Shown: positions 23,995-37,540, counted from the first letter of the whole stretch. The stretch is 63,824 nucleotides of DNA, filler included, from Sphacelaria rigidula (GCA_964200075.2; 9 parts of 9 records of this genome joined end to end with filler, not necessarily neighbours in it), one strand, 5' to 3'. The notes: generated by a model from the letters alone, not told the origin. Numbers and translations are program-made.

Positions 23995-26900
23995 CTGTGC
24001 GTTTGTGCGTGTGTGTGCGTGTGTGTGTGTTCCCGAGGATATGGTTCGTATGCGGTTGGTTGGCGCAAGCAGCCGTTGGATGTCGGACAGAGCGGTGACG
24101 CGGGGGGGCAAACTTCATGATCTTGCACGCCATAGTCGTAAGATCATTGACATAGCATCCCTACAAAGCCACGACGGAGCTCGCCGGGTTTTCGACGGGC
24201 CAAGCTCGAAATCAGTCACCAAGCGCGAAGCGCCGTGATGTCTCCGGTGAATCGCACGAAGGGTGAGCGCATCCTGCTAACATTGTTCGGCACAAAGCTC
24301 ATCACTGTAAGTATCTTGCACATGGACGACAGTCTACTATAGGTTGCTTCTTTTCCTGGTATCGCCGCTTCCACGGACAGTGACGGCTTCCACATCGTCT
24401 TATGGGTGTCTCGCCGTTTAAACACTACGAAGTAGGATCACCCCCTTTGCGCGGAGTCGAGGTTCTTCACCCCGCAAAATATGATCTAGCTCGACCGTCA
24501 GCATGGTTACCGCAAAGAAAACGCAAGCGCAAAAAGGTCGGCAAGCTGGTCGCCTAGCTTCCGCAGTGAACGGCGTGTTTTACAGCGCCGTTTCCCATCG
24601 GCGCCAACCCTCAAAAGGACGCAAGTAGTGATGTGATGATGACAATGGTGATCATAATCAGAAGTGCATGATGCTTGCCGTTCTCCAGGCAAACCAGTCT
24701 AGACAAATGAAACAAAATGTTTACCGTGAAGCATCTGATTTGCGTCGCTAAAAATGATGGGACGTGGGTAGTAAAGGAACTTTATTTGATGAGAGTCGAC
24801 GCGGTGCGGGATGGGGTGCTGATGGTCATGATCCAACCCGCGATACCAAATTGTAAGGCGTGGGCCGCTGGAGGAAAGATGGGTTGGATCCTTGAGTCCA
24901 CCACGGACTAATCTCGACGAAGTGGAGGGGTTCCAAGTATACCGAAACAAGAAAAAACGGGAAAAATCTCAAGAAAAGGGGGGATTGACGCGAATGACAA
25001 GAAAACGGTGAAAAAAATCATGGACGGAAAGAGAAACAAAGACGAGTCGATAGAGACGTAATCTCTTGCAAAAAATCCAAACTTTCGCAATACTGCCAGG
25101 GGCGACGTGGAAGCGAGCCGCCTAAAGTGTTCCGGTTTGTCCCGGCCCTTCCCGACAATACCGTTAGTATGTTGGAGAATGACCGAGGGTCTTACTAGCA
25201 CCGACGCTTAGGATGCTCGACGTGACAGCACCCCTCTTGTAGGCACTCGTAAAAAAAAGGGGGAAGTCGAATGAGACGTGGAAAGTTAAAAAAAAATGAA
25301 ACACCATATAGATAGCATCGGCCACCAGAAAACGCCTGCGCGACTGGGGCTGCAAGCAGATTGAACGATTTAGTTCCGCACGGTGCATCTTCACCTGGGA
25401 AGCATTGAACACACATGCCAGATTCCCCGCAGCCACCAAAGCGTTCGCCGCGCGCGCGAAGGCCTGCTCAGCACGCGATGACATCAGCGCGGGGTGACAT
25501 CGGTATGGGTCGATATCAATGAGCATGTGGTACCATGAGTGCAGCAGACGATCTTACGCGAGAAGCCATCAGTGTTCCAAGTAACCGTGTACACGATCTC
25601 TGGGTGAGATGCGTTTTTACTACCAAAACAGTCATGACCAACGGGGCAGTATTTGGGGGGAGGGGGGGGGGGGGGGTTAGATATAGCATATCCCAGGAGC
25701 CAAGGACATCCATCACATAGGGTATACCTTTGATGTAGCTTTGTGGAAGTAGACGACATAACTGCAGACTCGAAATCATAGCAAATACATATTTTTTGTT
25801 TCAGACACCCTTGTAAGCCCTCCCCTCCCTCGGGACGAGTCCATTGTCTCAGGGGATCAATCCATCTCTCCCCCGTACACGCCTCGCATTTCGGTCTAGC
25901 GGATTGGATTATGACCATCAGAGCTTCCGCACCGCGTCTGACTGTCGTCAAACAAACTCAATCGAACAACCTATTTTTTTGCTACTGACGTTCTCACGCT
26001 TTGATGCTTTCACAACGACGGAAGTCAGATGCTTTGCAGGAAACAAAAAACTAGACGCATCTGACGGGAATCGAACCCGCGTTTTCCCCACCGCAGTGGT
26101 GTCAGTCGTACCATTCTACTTCAAGCCACCGGGGCGCGGCGGAAAAAAACGTTGTGGAGGTATAGGGATGCAGTATACCTTTGACATGGCTCCGTAAAAG
26201 TACACGGCGCAGCCGCAGACAGGTAGACATGAGGCGAACAAATCTCAAAGCGTCGTTACGTGATGCTCAGGTGTCGAGCGATTTTAGACCTCTGGGTGAC
26301 AGTATGACAAGAGCAAATCCACATCGATGACGGGATGAGGGAATGACAGGCCGCGTACCCCGATGCAGCCCTGTAGACACCGCCATTATGCCAACATTAG
26401 CCGAAATATCATCGCCCGAGCGTGGGTCTTCAAGGGGGGGTATCTTTCGTATGTGGTGGGGCCAGCGCACGCGGTAACCTCCATCAACATGGGGTCGACG
26501 TACGTGAGTTCAGTCGGTGGCCTTACGTGAAGCATGTTAGTAACAAGGCGCATAGCATACGTAAATGCAGGGCCCTTTGAAAATACTTTCAATACAATGA
26601 AAATGAAAAAAAAGTCGAGGGGCTGCGGGAGTACATGGAGGATGGGTAGTCATCATCCAGTTTCTCGAGTACGAATCGTCGAGTGCCGGAGGAGAGATGG
26701 GTCGATTAACTCCTGAGGCTACTGTGCTCTACGGACTTGTCCCCCGGAAGCGAGGGACGTTCAAGAGCATGAAAACAGGATAAATATTTTTTTGCACTCC
26801 GGGTGACGTTAGCATGCGGTCAAGTCCAGGCAAGCAAAGCATTACCCCGGTCGGCGCGATCGATATCAGAAAGAGCCGTACGGGACCAATCACACGCGCC

Positions 26901-27047
26901 GATCAACGCCTTGAACGCGAAACGTTTCCGAGTCTTTACTGCATGGGGCGGCTGCCCATGAACATTGGGAAGCAAATGTGTTGATGCTACCTGTAACAAT
27001 AAGACGATATTAGTATGAATATTTCCGTGAATATATTTGTACATGAA

Positions 27048-27605
27048 CCGGTCGCCCCGGTGGCTCAGTTTGGCAACCTCCAAACCTCCTGACAAACGTG
27101 TCGTGAGTTCAAATTTACGTGATGTCACACATTTTAGGATTTTCTTCTCACACCATGCCCACCAGTGGAGGGCGACTATGTCGTGGGTACCCAAATGTTC
27201 GACTTCACGGTCGACGAGGAGAAGGGACCGCTGAACCCCTCTCGCGAGAAAGAACAAGGCAAGCACCGCAGAAGGAAGGTGAAGTCTCAGTTGGCAACCT
27301 CAAAACCTCCTGACAGACGGGTCGTGAGTTCAAATCTCGGCGAATTCACACCATCTGAGATTTTTTCTCATACCATAGCCAACAGTGGAGGGCGACTATG
27401 TCCTTGGTACTCAAATGTTCGACTTCACGGTTGACGAGGGAAAGGGACCGCCGAACCCCTTTCGCGATGAAGAATAAGGCAAGCACCGCAGTACTAACAC
27501 AAAGGGAAAGAAAAAACGCCTGTGTTGGACTCCCTCCTGTGTGACTCCGGCTGATGAGCCCACATATACGGTGCCCAGAATAGATGGTATGACGACACAC
27601 ACGCA
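27048..27605 (+). mobile_element. Tandem (head-to-tail) pair of SINE family 1 copies
   Basis: The first copy (27048-~27283) breaks after GAAGGAAGGTG. The sequence then restarts at CTCAGTTGGCAACCTC and runs to the ACAC tail. Confidence 0.8.
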
Positions 27606-30600
27606 ACACACAGGAACCTCTACACCACCACAAGCTGCCGGCAGAACGGACGACACTCGGCCGATAGGATGGTGTTGATGCTCAGAAGTCGATTTTGCAC
27701 CAGTTCGCTACGAGCTAGGTGTTGATTACACGCGGAATATTTCTGTGTTCATTGAATATATGCGGTGCCACATTAAGACTCAAATCGACTACACTACGTG
27801 CGCGCTCGCAGGGGTTAAGAGGAGGATGAGGCGAAGTCCAAGGGACGTACTACGAAAAATATATTAGGGAAAAAAAAGGTCAGCTCAGAGAACTAGGCCA
27901 ATACATTAAACACCTCTTTCCATTTGCGATGTATCTGATGCTGAAACGAGTCTGTATCATAACGTACGTACTACCATACGTTGCTGCTACAACACTTCCA
28001 CAAGAGAAGCAGTGCATGGGATGGTGCCCTAGTGGTCTCATGAACGGATATGTTTTTTCCTTCCCTAAGTCTCCGAATTTTGGGGGGCGACAAAAAATCT
28101 CCGAAGATGGGGGAGAATATTTGTTAACCAGGTCAGGCCATATATCACTTTCGCACTGACTACAGTGCAGATTACTCCGAAAATCTACTGTCGGGTGATT
28201 TTTTTCAGTTTTTTCCCGGAAAAGTCGGGGGGGGGGGGGCGGAGTCATTTGTTGCTTGCCTGAGTTCTTTGGCCTTTGACCAGGCATTCCTTCGGGGACG
28301 GACCACCGTTCCNNNNNNNNNNNNNNNNNNNNNNNNNNNNNNNNNNNNNNNNNNNNTTAATTAATTAANNNNNNNNNNNNNNNNNNNNNNNNNNNNNNNN
28401 NNNNNNNNNNNNTACCCCTTGGACCAGCGATCAACTTTTGCCTCCCTTTTAGCCAATTAGGCCGAAGAAATCGTGAATTTGGTGATATTGAGTCGTGATG
28501 ATTTATCCTAACCGTGAATGTTTTCGTGAAATTGAGAGTAGAGGATATGATTGAGAGTGAAAAGCGGTCAAATAGTGAAAGAATCGTTTCGGTTCCGAAA
28601 TGCACCTCCGCGAGGCCCGATATTATTTCTGTAGTAGCTTGCCACTGAGGTCCTTGATATCCCCGAGTAGGATATCGACGTGTAGCTGTAAGCAGACGGC
28701 AGTGATGAGAGACAAAAAAAAGCACACACGGAAGGAAGAATTGGCTGAGTTGAAGAAATGATCCAAGCCACTCTCAATCCGCGCTCTCCTCTCACTCTCA
28801 CACAAACGTTGTTTCACGTACTTCCGCAGCACAATAAGCGGCCCAACTCCACCGATTTGGGTCCACAAGACATTGAGAATCTTGCGTTGATTGAGAGTGG
28901 GTTTTCTTATTCGCCCCAACTTGAACCCATTTTTCATTCCGTGTGCGCTTTTCTGTGCCTGTAACACTGTAGTGGTGCTTTCAGCTACACGTCGATACCC
29001 TACTCAGGGATATCAAAGGCTTCAGTGGCAAGCTACTACAGAAAGAGTACCAGGCCTCGTGCAACGCCCGGAGGAGTATTTCGGGACTGAAACCACTTCA
29101 CCATTCAACTGACCTAGACTCTCGGGCACAGGGCCATTACATGGGGATTATTTTGTAGTGAAATAAATTATTCGCGAGAAGTGTGATCATGGCCGAGCGT
29201 TCAAGATCGGCACCTGGCGAACTCTGAGGACCCGTTTTTTTATCAGCCGGAGGACTAAAAAATGGGAAATGTCCTGTTTCACTGTACTGCAGCACAAACA
29301 CACTCACGTCCGCTCTCTCATGTGCTGTAGCTATCACTGTTCTGTGGTGTATTCACACCTCACGGAGACGGTTTGGTCTTCGCTGAGATCGCCTGAGCTG
29401 CCGTATTGTTGTGTTCGTCTCTGTAAAATACTCCGGAGTACAGTGTATCGGTCAGGACACAGTGCTGTCTACACACTTGACTGTTGAAAACTTCATGTTA
29501 CCCAGACCCATCACACGCGCGATAACGAACATGGCCGGGTAACGACACGCAACCAGCGCCGGTATGCACCGCTCGACCGGCTAGGCCAGACCCCGTGCGC
29601 CGATGAGAGGAGCAGCCCCCAGCACGGTGTGGATAAACTGCACTGCCAGAGTACTGCTTGCACCCGTCAGCATGACAGCCGCTGCCGCCGGCATCGGCAT
29701 CCAGCGCTCGACATCACGGAAAGGCACGGCCAGCCATACTCAGACAGGGATATACCGATACACAAACATCGCAATTACCCCCTGCGGCGGCAACATACCA
29801 CTCGCTGTCTGTTTGTCTGCTTGCAGCTTCGTTTCTCTGCTGCTGTTATTTTCGTCCCGGCGCTACGATAATGCTCACTCGTGTACTCTAGTACGTACAC
29901 TACAGGTGTTACTCGACTCTGCGAGTCAAACACAAGCACTTTTCATTACATAGTCCACTACGAAGGTCGCATTTCATTGGCGCTGGATTCCGCCGATTCC
30001 TCACTGAAGGACCTCTGATTGGTCGAACTTCATTTTTCACTACAAAAATTCACCCCCGATGTATGGGCGTTGTGCCGTCTCTCAAAATCTCACGAAAATA
30101 ATGTAAACCTTTAGACCACAAGGGTAGCCCATCTGGATCACACATGCTTTTTTTCAAGTGGAATTGATGCCGATTCAACAGGTGACCAGCTCTCTCGCTG
30201 TTTTAGGGTCAAGTTCGGTGGCCTCCTATATTTTTCATGGGACCGCGTAGCGACCGCCTGACCCCCGTTGCGCACTGGTGCACCCTTTTCCTCGGCATTG
30301 CGACTGTCTCTAGTGTTGATCTCCGGTGCCAACGGGTTCGACTCTGCCAACACGGCGCTGACCTGGCTCCGCCCGAACACATTGTTGAACATACTTTTGT
30401 TTCTCTCATAATCCTGAGGCTACCTATCCTCGACGTCAACACCGGCCCAACGCAGACCGAGAAAGAACTCTCGGGTTAGGGGAGAGGGGCACATATACCA
30501 GGCAAATTGTGCGTCCGCAGAGCGCCAAGACGTGTGTTGTACACGTTTTTGCAAGTCGATAGTGATATTGCCACTCGAAAGGGTAGAACTTTGGCGGAAG

Positions 30601-32829
30601 ATTCCTACTTCATTTCAGTCGCAACACCGAAATTTGGATCTTTGGTGAGATCGACAGTTCTGGGTGCTCCCTAGCGTGCGCAGAACGCGCTTTGTCTAAG
30701 TCGCCACCGCAGGCGCCGACTTGAGGTCTTGCAACGCACACTTTCGCTTGGGGGAGACCCCTTGCACCCGTGCCTGCCCGAGACTTCTCGATATACCTTG
30801 GGGTGGGGTTAGCGTTAGCGTTAGCAGTAGTGATAAACTGTATCAAGCAAGATTGTAGCCGAACAGGAGTAATGATGCCTCCTTCCGTTCGAACGAGGTG
30901 GGTTAGTTGAACCCTTTGACTGCGAGGGTAGGTCACCTCCTCAATCGATATCGATTTCCCTTGAAAAAAAGGATGTGATCCAGATGGACTACTGTACTCG
31001 CATCGCGGTCTAATAGTTGACCGGATTTGGGGCTATATTCTATCCGTGGTTGACACATTGTACAATTATCACTAACCATAAGCCCAACCCGAGGCATACC
31101 GAGAACACTCGGGCAAGGGAGATGCGTCGGGATCCCTAGGCACAGTACGGCGTTGGTAAACCTCAAATCGGCGCCTATGGCGCCGATTTCGACAAAAACG
31201 CATTCTTCACACGCTGGAAGCATACCCAACTGTCAGGATCCACCAAATATACGATTCTCCTTGTTCACACTTTGCTTGCCAACTCGTGTCGCCCAGCTCT
31301 GGGTAACTTCACTCAACTATGGACCAGCCCTGTACTGCCGTGATGATTGACACAAAATACATAAAATCAGGGTTTCGTCAACCATGATGAATTTCGGGGG
31401 ATTCACGAAAACTCTCCCGCCGTGTCTTGTTAGACCAGATTCTATGGCAGTCTCAATTGTTTCGAGCATCGGGAAGAAGAAAAAAATCGGGGAACGTATT
31501 TTATGGACATCGATTTGGACCAAATCGGAGGAGAAAAAAAATGAGGTGTCACGATCTCGGAACGGTAAAAAAAATCGGGAGAAATCATTCAGATCGTGAC
31601 TCCCCGCGATTTTGAGGAGATGGCGTGCGTGCATTGACGTACAGGGGTAGGGTACGAGACGTTTGATACTTCCGCAACGGCAGCAGAAGACAGTCTTGTG
31701 ACAGCGTAGGGCGTGCCTGCCCGCGCAAGCTGCTGAAGCAGCTTCGCACGGGGGTTTGACAAGCGAATAAAAAGTGCTGACGCCGTACCCTGCGGCGATG
31801 ATAATATTATATGCTGCGCTGCGCTGTCATATGTAGAGGAAAGTGCCGTATTAGGCCCACCTTAAGCCACCCCTGACTTGAACCGATATTTTGGTATCCA
31901 ACGATAGCTTAGACTACTCTCCAACATCCAAAAAAAAGAAAAGAAAAAGAGTGATATGGAGAGGCGGTAGCGGCTCTGCGGTTCATGGTTCCTCCGCGCA
32001 GAAAAGTCTGAAAGCACGACTGCTGTCTTATCAAGCACATTTTCGCGTATTATGCGATTACCTGCGTTCTGGAACGTCTCAGAACCCAATGCTTGGTATG
32101 CACGCCATGTATGTCCTTGACGTCACCATCGAAAAAAAAAGCACACTCATGCCCATATCCGGGGACAAAAACACACACACATCCCCGGGGTTCAGGACCG
32201 TCGATTTCGGGGCAATTTTTCGTGTATTTTTACGTCATGCGTGCCCCGTGCACGGCAGGCGACGCAAAATCAACAGTTTAATGCATTGATTGACTGCTGT
32301 GTGGACATGTGAAGGCTCCCGAAAAAAAATCGTGGGTTTTGGTGCCAGTTTGCTCACTTTATGGGGGTTCAAACATGGGCACACGCTCCTGATTTCGCCC
32401 GCGCCACACTTGAAAGCAATAAAAAAATTTCTTGTCGGGTCAAAACTGCTGTAGGACCGACTGCTGTATCCTTTTCACATTCGCTCTTCAGGTGGCGAGT
32501 GCTGTACAGCGCTTAAACAGCTTTTTCAGCCGCCGTAGGTGTCATGTGCTTGGTCCTGTCAGTGCTTCGGGCCGCCTGGGCCACGCTCAAGTCTACATGT
32601 CGTGTCACCTTTTGCTTCGTCCTTAGCAGCATGATCGACACCGAACCCACATCAGCCTGCACGGCCAGACCCAGTGACTGTGACTGCCGTAGCTCGTGAG
32701 TGACGAGGTCGATCGGCACGCTGAAGAGCGCGAACGAAAGTTGGAGATGTAGACTCACCGTTGCGAACGAAAAAAAGAGGGTTTCCACGTAGTGGGCGTC
32801 ATTTTGTAACCGTTCTTTCCGAAGTGTGC

Positions 32830-33000
32830 TTAATATATATACTATATTATATGTTATACAATATATTTATATATTATATATAATTATATATATGAATATT
32901 CATCAAGGGGCAGTATATACTATAATATTATATAATTGTATATTGTTAATAAAAAATATAAAATATATATATAATAAATTTAAATAATTAATTAATTAAT
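32830..33000. repeat. AT-rich low-complexity (TA/TAT) tract
   Basis: Directly visible. Confidence 0.9.
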
Positions 33001-34219
33001 TGGATGGATGGATGGATCGATGGTCGGTCATTTGATTTATTTTTTTGAGCAGGGGAAAGACAATATGGCACTTGACACTTTCCATCATCACTGTAATGAA
33101 CGGTACTGCACTCTCCTAGTCCGTTGTCGCTGTACTTAAGGGGCGATATATGGCACTGCACTATTAAACTCTGCTCGCGCACTCTTTGTTCGCTGTACTG
33201 TTCTCGCGATACCGACTGTGCCATCATGTATCACTACACGGCATTATCATGTACTGTACTGACGGAGTGTCCTGCACTGTAATACCCTAGGGTACCAAGG
33301 TACGACACTGTACTCGCAGGATTATTCACCGTCTGCCTGCTCTTCGGCCTCATGCACGAATACGCAGTACCACACTCGTGCAGAAATGACCGTCTGTGTA
33401 CAGAACTCTTCAACTAATCTGTGATACTGTCTGTATCATGAAACGGTCCCTCCGATTTTGAAAAAAATGGGATCTCCCGAAAATCGAGATTTGTTGCCAT
33501 AATTTTTTTTTTTATATATAGCAAATTGTTTTCGGATCGACAAAGTGCAGCGGAGAACAAATGCCGATCTGAGAGGCTGCGATTTCAACATAAATGACGA
33601 CACAAAAATTGAAATCAAGATCGATCATATCGGAAGTTTCAATGTTGCTTCCCACAGCACATTTTCAAATACATATATATATGAGAAGGGCGTGTCTCTC
33701 AGCACAATATTTTTCGATCAAAAATATGCGGTGGAAAGGGAAAACTCCCATTTGATAGGTCGTGATTTCAACTGTCGTAGTTTATTTAGAAGATGGTTGG
33801 AATCACGACCTATCAAATAGGAGTTTTCCCTTTCCACGGAAATTTTTCGCTCGGAAAATGATGTGCCAAGACACGGCCCAGGACACGCCCTGACTGGCTG
33901 GACTAGACCTTGAATCTACTCACCCTTGGCGAAGACACCGGTTAAAAATAAATATATGAAAGTATATACGATATACGAGTACCAGTGTTCGACACTACAC
34001 ACGTCCCGATGTGGTCCAGCATGCTAACAAACATTCCATGCCGGGTATACCCTCTAGAACACAACTTGGAAAGAGAAGTTTTTTCCACAAGGGTATCGTG
34101 ATACAGTACGATCGCTTGGGCTGGCCGACCAAACCCCGACGGACAAACCGTCAACAGTCGAGAAGGCATCAACCGCAAATAAATATCCGGGCGGCTTCCT
34201 CGCAGTACAGTTGTATAAA

Positions 34220-34482
34220 CCCTTTGACCGCGAGGGTAGAAAATATGTTGAATCGGCATCAGTTTCACTTGAAAAAATGATGAATGATACAGATGGACTG
34301 CCTCCGCGGTGTAAGGGTTAACACTTTTGGGACCGGACTGCCAGAAACATGTGGTTTGCACGTAGGGGCCTTCCCGTGAACTGGCATCATTTTCACTTGA
34401 AAAAGACTGAAAATGATGCCGATTCACAGAAAAAGGCTTCTGTGTGCAAACCACATGTTTCTCGAAATCGGTGCCAAAAGGG
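34220..34482. mobile_element. Two abutting piggyBac-like mini-MITEs (34220-34317 and 34322-34482) sharing one TTAA. Related ~100-bp copies at ~30105-30212, 30908-31020, 42973-43078 and 45020-45130
   Basis: T(T/A)AA|CCCT...AGGG|TTAA-type ends with short TIRs and a shared core TGAATCGGCATCA.TTTCACTTGAAAA. Confidence 0.6.
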
Positions 34483-35137
34483 TTGATTCAGCAGCCCAAA
34501 CAAAAAAGAGACATACCCTTAGCTCTGGGTGAAATTCTATGGTTGATTTTGTCGAACAAACTAATCGTAACACCTACCCTAACCCAATCAACAACTACAA
34601 GGAACCCTCGGGCAAGGGGGGTTAAAACATTCTCCTAGGCAAAGCGTGCGTTGACAAACCTCAACTCGACGCGGGAGGCACCGATTGGGACGAAAAACAC
34701 GTTCCGGACGGGCTGGGTCCGCTGCTCACCTGCCCCACACCATAAATTTTCTCAGTCCTTACTTCACTCCAAAATCAAGTAGTCATCTTGTTGACGATAT
34801 ATTATTGACCAAAGCTCAAGCTCTACTGCGAAAAAAATGCCTTGATTGATGTACACCGTTACATGCGCACCTGTCTGCAGCTTGTGGAATCTCGCCAACT
34901 CTTGAATCGGCATCAACTTCACTTTAAATAAGTGTATAATATCCGGATGGACTATCATGGCCGTCTAAAGGTGAGGTCGTGTCTTACTTGTTAGCACACA
35001 TCATTTTTCGATCGAAAAAGTGCGGTGGGAAACAAAAATCCCGATCTGATAGGTGGCGATTTCAACCATATTCAAAATGAACAATTAATGACGATGGTTG
35101 AAATTACGACCTGTGACATCGGGATTTGTGTTTTCCA

Positions 35138-35415
35138 CTGTACAAACACCTCAAGAGACCGGCGGGTCTCGGTGGAAGGCAATCCGGTGGGCAGTAGTTC
35201 ATAAAAGACGAGAACGGCGTCCTACTGAGGAACAAAATTGACATCCTGAAACGGTGGGCTGGATTCTTCCTCACCCTGCTCAACGCCAAATCGCCCACGC
35301 TGGACCCAGCCATCATCGAGGAGGTGCGGCAGCGACCGGCAGCGTCAACCAGACGAGCAGTCCGGGGGATGCACAACTGGAAAGCGCCAGGACACGACTC
35401 CCTTCCTGTGGAGCT
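35138..35415 (+). mobile_element. RTE-like LINE ORF2 fragment (region just before the RT domain), decayed and cut by the contig end
   Basis: LYKHLKR...Q*FIKDENGVLL...ILKRWAGFFLTLLNAKS...MHNWKAPGHDSLPVEL has the typical LINE W..FF..LLN and KAPG.D.LP.EL motifs. It carries one stop and an apparent internal deletion. Confidence 0.8.
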
Positions 35416-35671
35416 NNNNNNNNNNNNNNNNNNNNNNNNNNNNNNNNNNNNNNNNNNNNTTAATTAATTAANNNNNNNNNNNNNNNNNNNNNNNNNNNNN
35501 NNNNNNNNNNNNNNNGTCCCGGCTTTGTAGGGATGCGAGGTCAATGGTCTGATGACTATGGCACGCATGATCATGAGTACATCCCCCCTCATCACCACGT
35601 CCGTCTCGAAAGGGATGCGTGGTCAATGGTCAAACGACTAAGGCAAGCAACAAATAAGTGCGCCCCCCTCA

Positions 35672-37540
35672 TCACCACGTCCCCACAAAGGGATATTCAA
35701 TACGTCTCTCGCCTCCTTTAGAATTCAAGAGACTGAACGGGACAGAAGCCCCTAGCTTGAGAAGCACCCTCTCCTTCTCCTCCTGGGAAATATTGGGCGC
35801 CCCCACGACCCCTCGCAATGTGGTCAGCAGCTCCTGCGTGTACATCGTATTGTTCTTCGTGTTGGACTTCAACGCCGAATTTTTGCCCTGCGTGTTCGTG
35901 GGTTTGATTGCACCATTCCGGGACGGGATCGTATACACCTTTTGCTTTGTTGCGCCCTTTTTGGTCTGATCGCCCAACACGTAACAGGCGATATTATCGT
36001 GGAGCTTCGTCTGAGACACTTCGGAGCATGAAAGAACGGCCGCTGCATGCGGACCACTGAACACTCGCCCGTCTAGCGCATGCAGAACCTCTTTGCCAGT
36101 CGGTTGAAGGCAGGAGTACCGTGTAGCCTCTGATACGCCTGTCACGTGGGGTTCACGCTTGAGGTACAGCTCTCCTGCGGGGTTCCACCCGGCGCCCTCC
36201 CCGAAGAACAGTTGTTCCTTCACTTGTTGTTCTGCCACGTCTCGGCATTCCGCGATAGGAGCAAGCTTTTCCACCGCAGTAGGGGTCTTTTTGTTGACGT
36301 CTTGCTTGAAGAACCTGTTCGCCATCTCCTGCCACTCGTCGAGCCCCACTCTCGCCCAACTCCTGTTGTCTCGCAACGTCACGGAAAATAACTGCTCCGC
36401 GATCTTCAAGTCGGATTCCGGCATCTGCGCCATATGCATGAGGTGAAGGACCACCAGCCACTGGTAACGGTCTTTACCTGTCACACAGAATATGTCTGCC
36501 ATTCGGCGAAGGCCTGCCAGTCGAAGGGGGAAGTTTCCCGTGCGCAGGCCCGTCCGGAACGCCATATACGCTGGATAATAGTGGAGGACGAAGCTCTCCC
36601 ACACTTGGAACCTCTTGTGGTTTGCTGCACGCGCCCGAACCCAAGCTCGAATAGCAGGGATATCTTCCTTCCTCGCATGTGTTTTCACCTTGTTCGCTCT
36701 GTCGCGGAACTCTTGTGCTAACTGCTCAACGGTTTTCCCGAAGGGGTCATGATCGTCATTATATTCGCGTCGCCGACCCTCGGCCGCCGCTGCCGCTGGC
36801 CCAGTACAAGGGGGTGCCACTGATGCGATGTCGGCTGTGGAGTCCGTCCGACTATCACCCACCGCGGCTGGTTCTGCGCAGTCGGTAGGGGATAATTCCA
36901 TGCTGACGGCGGCCGATGCTCCGGCGACGGGGCCGCCTGCTACTTCCGTGCCCCTGACGCCGGCCGGCGCTCTTCCGCTGTCGTCGGTGGACACGAACTG
37001 CACAGGTCCTGATTCTCGGAGGTCTACCAGTCCCGTACTGGCGTGGAAGACGCAGAACACCGGCGCATCGAGGCCCGCGATGCCATGCGTTGCTTGCCAG
37101 GAACAATCCTCCCCACGACACTGGATCTGCCCGGTAACTATGGGGTCGAAAGGTGGAGGGCTCGGCGATCGCAATGGTTGCTGAGGCGTGCTAACGACGT
37201 TCGTTGGCCGCGCAGAACCCGCGACCGCTGCGGCGTGAGAAGCGGACGCCAGGTTATTGCCGAATGGAGGTGCGACCCTTCGCTCATTCCGCATGGGCGG
37301 TACGGGGGTGGAGTGCGCACGTTGTACTCCGGTGGGGGAGTTCGGCGGCACAGGAGTTCCTCCCGCGGCGCCCTGCAGAGGGGCGGCTGATTCCGCGGGG
37401 TCCGGCACTGGCACTGTGGCGGCAGCCGCGGCTTCAACAGCCGACCCCGGCCCATCCCCAGCGTTGGTGTCTTCCATACTGGGCCCACGCTCGGAGTAGT
37501 ACATGGCCACGATTTTGTTCCACATGGCTTCGAAGAACAC
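35672..37540 (-). pseudogene. Largest open segment (622 aa) of the Academ-like transposase, containing an EsV-1-7-type Cys/His motif at ~37019-37120
   Basis: Long GC-rich ORF. CRGEDCSWQATHGIAGLDAPVFCVFHASTGLVDL fits the EsV-1-7 repeat pattern C-x4-C...G...C-x2-H-x3-G(M/L)V(N/D). Confidence 0.7.
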
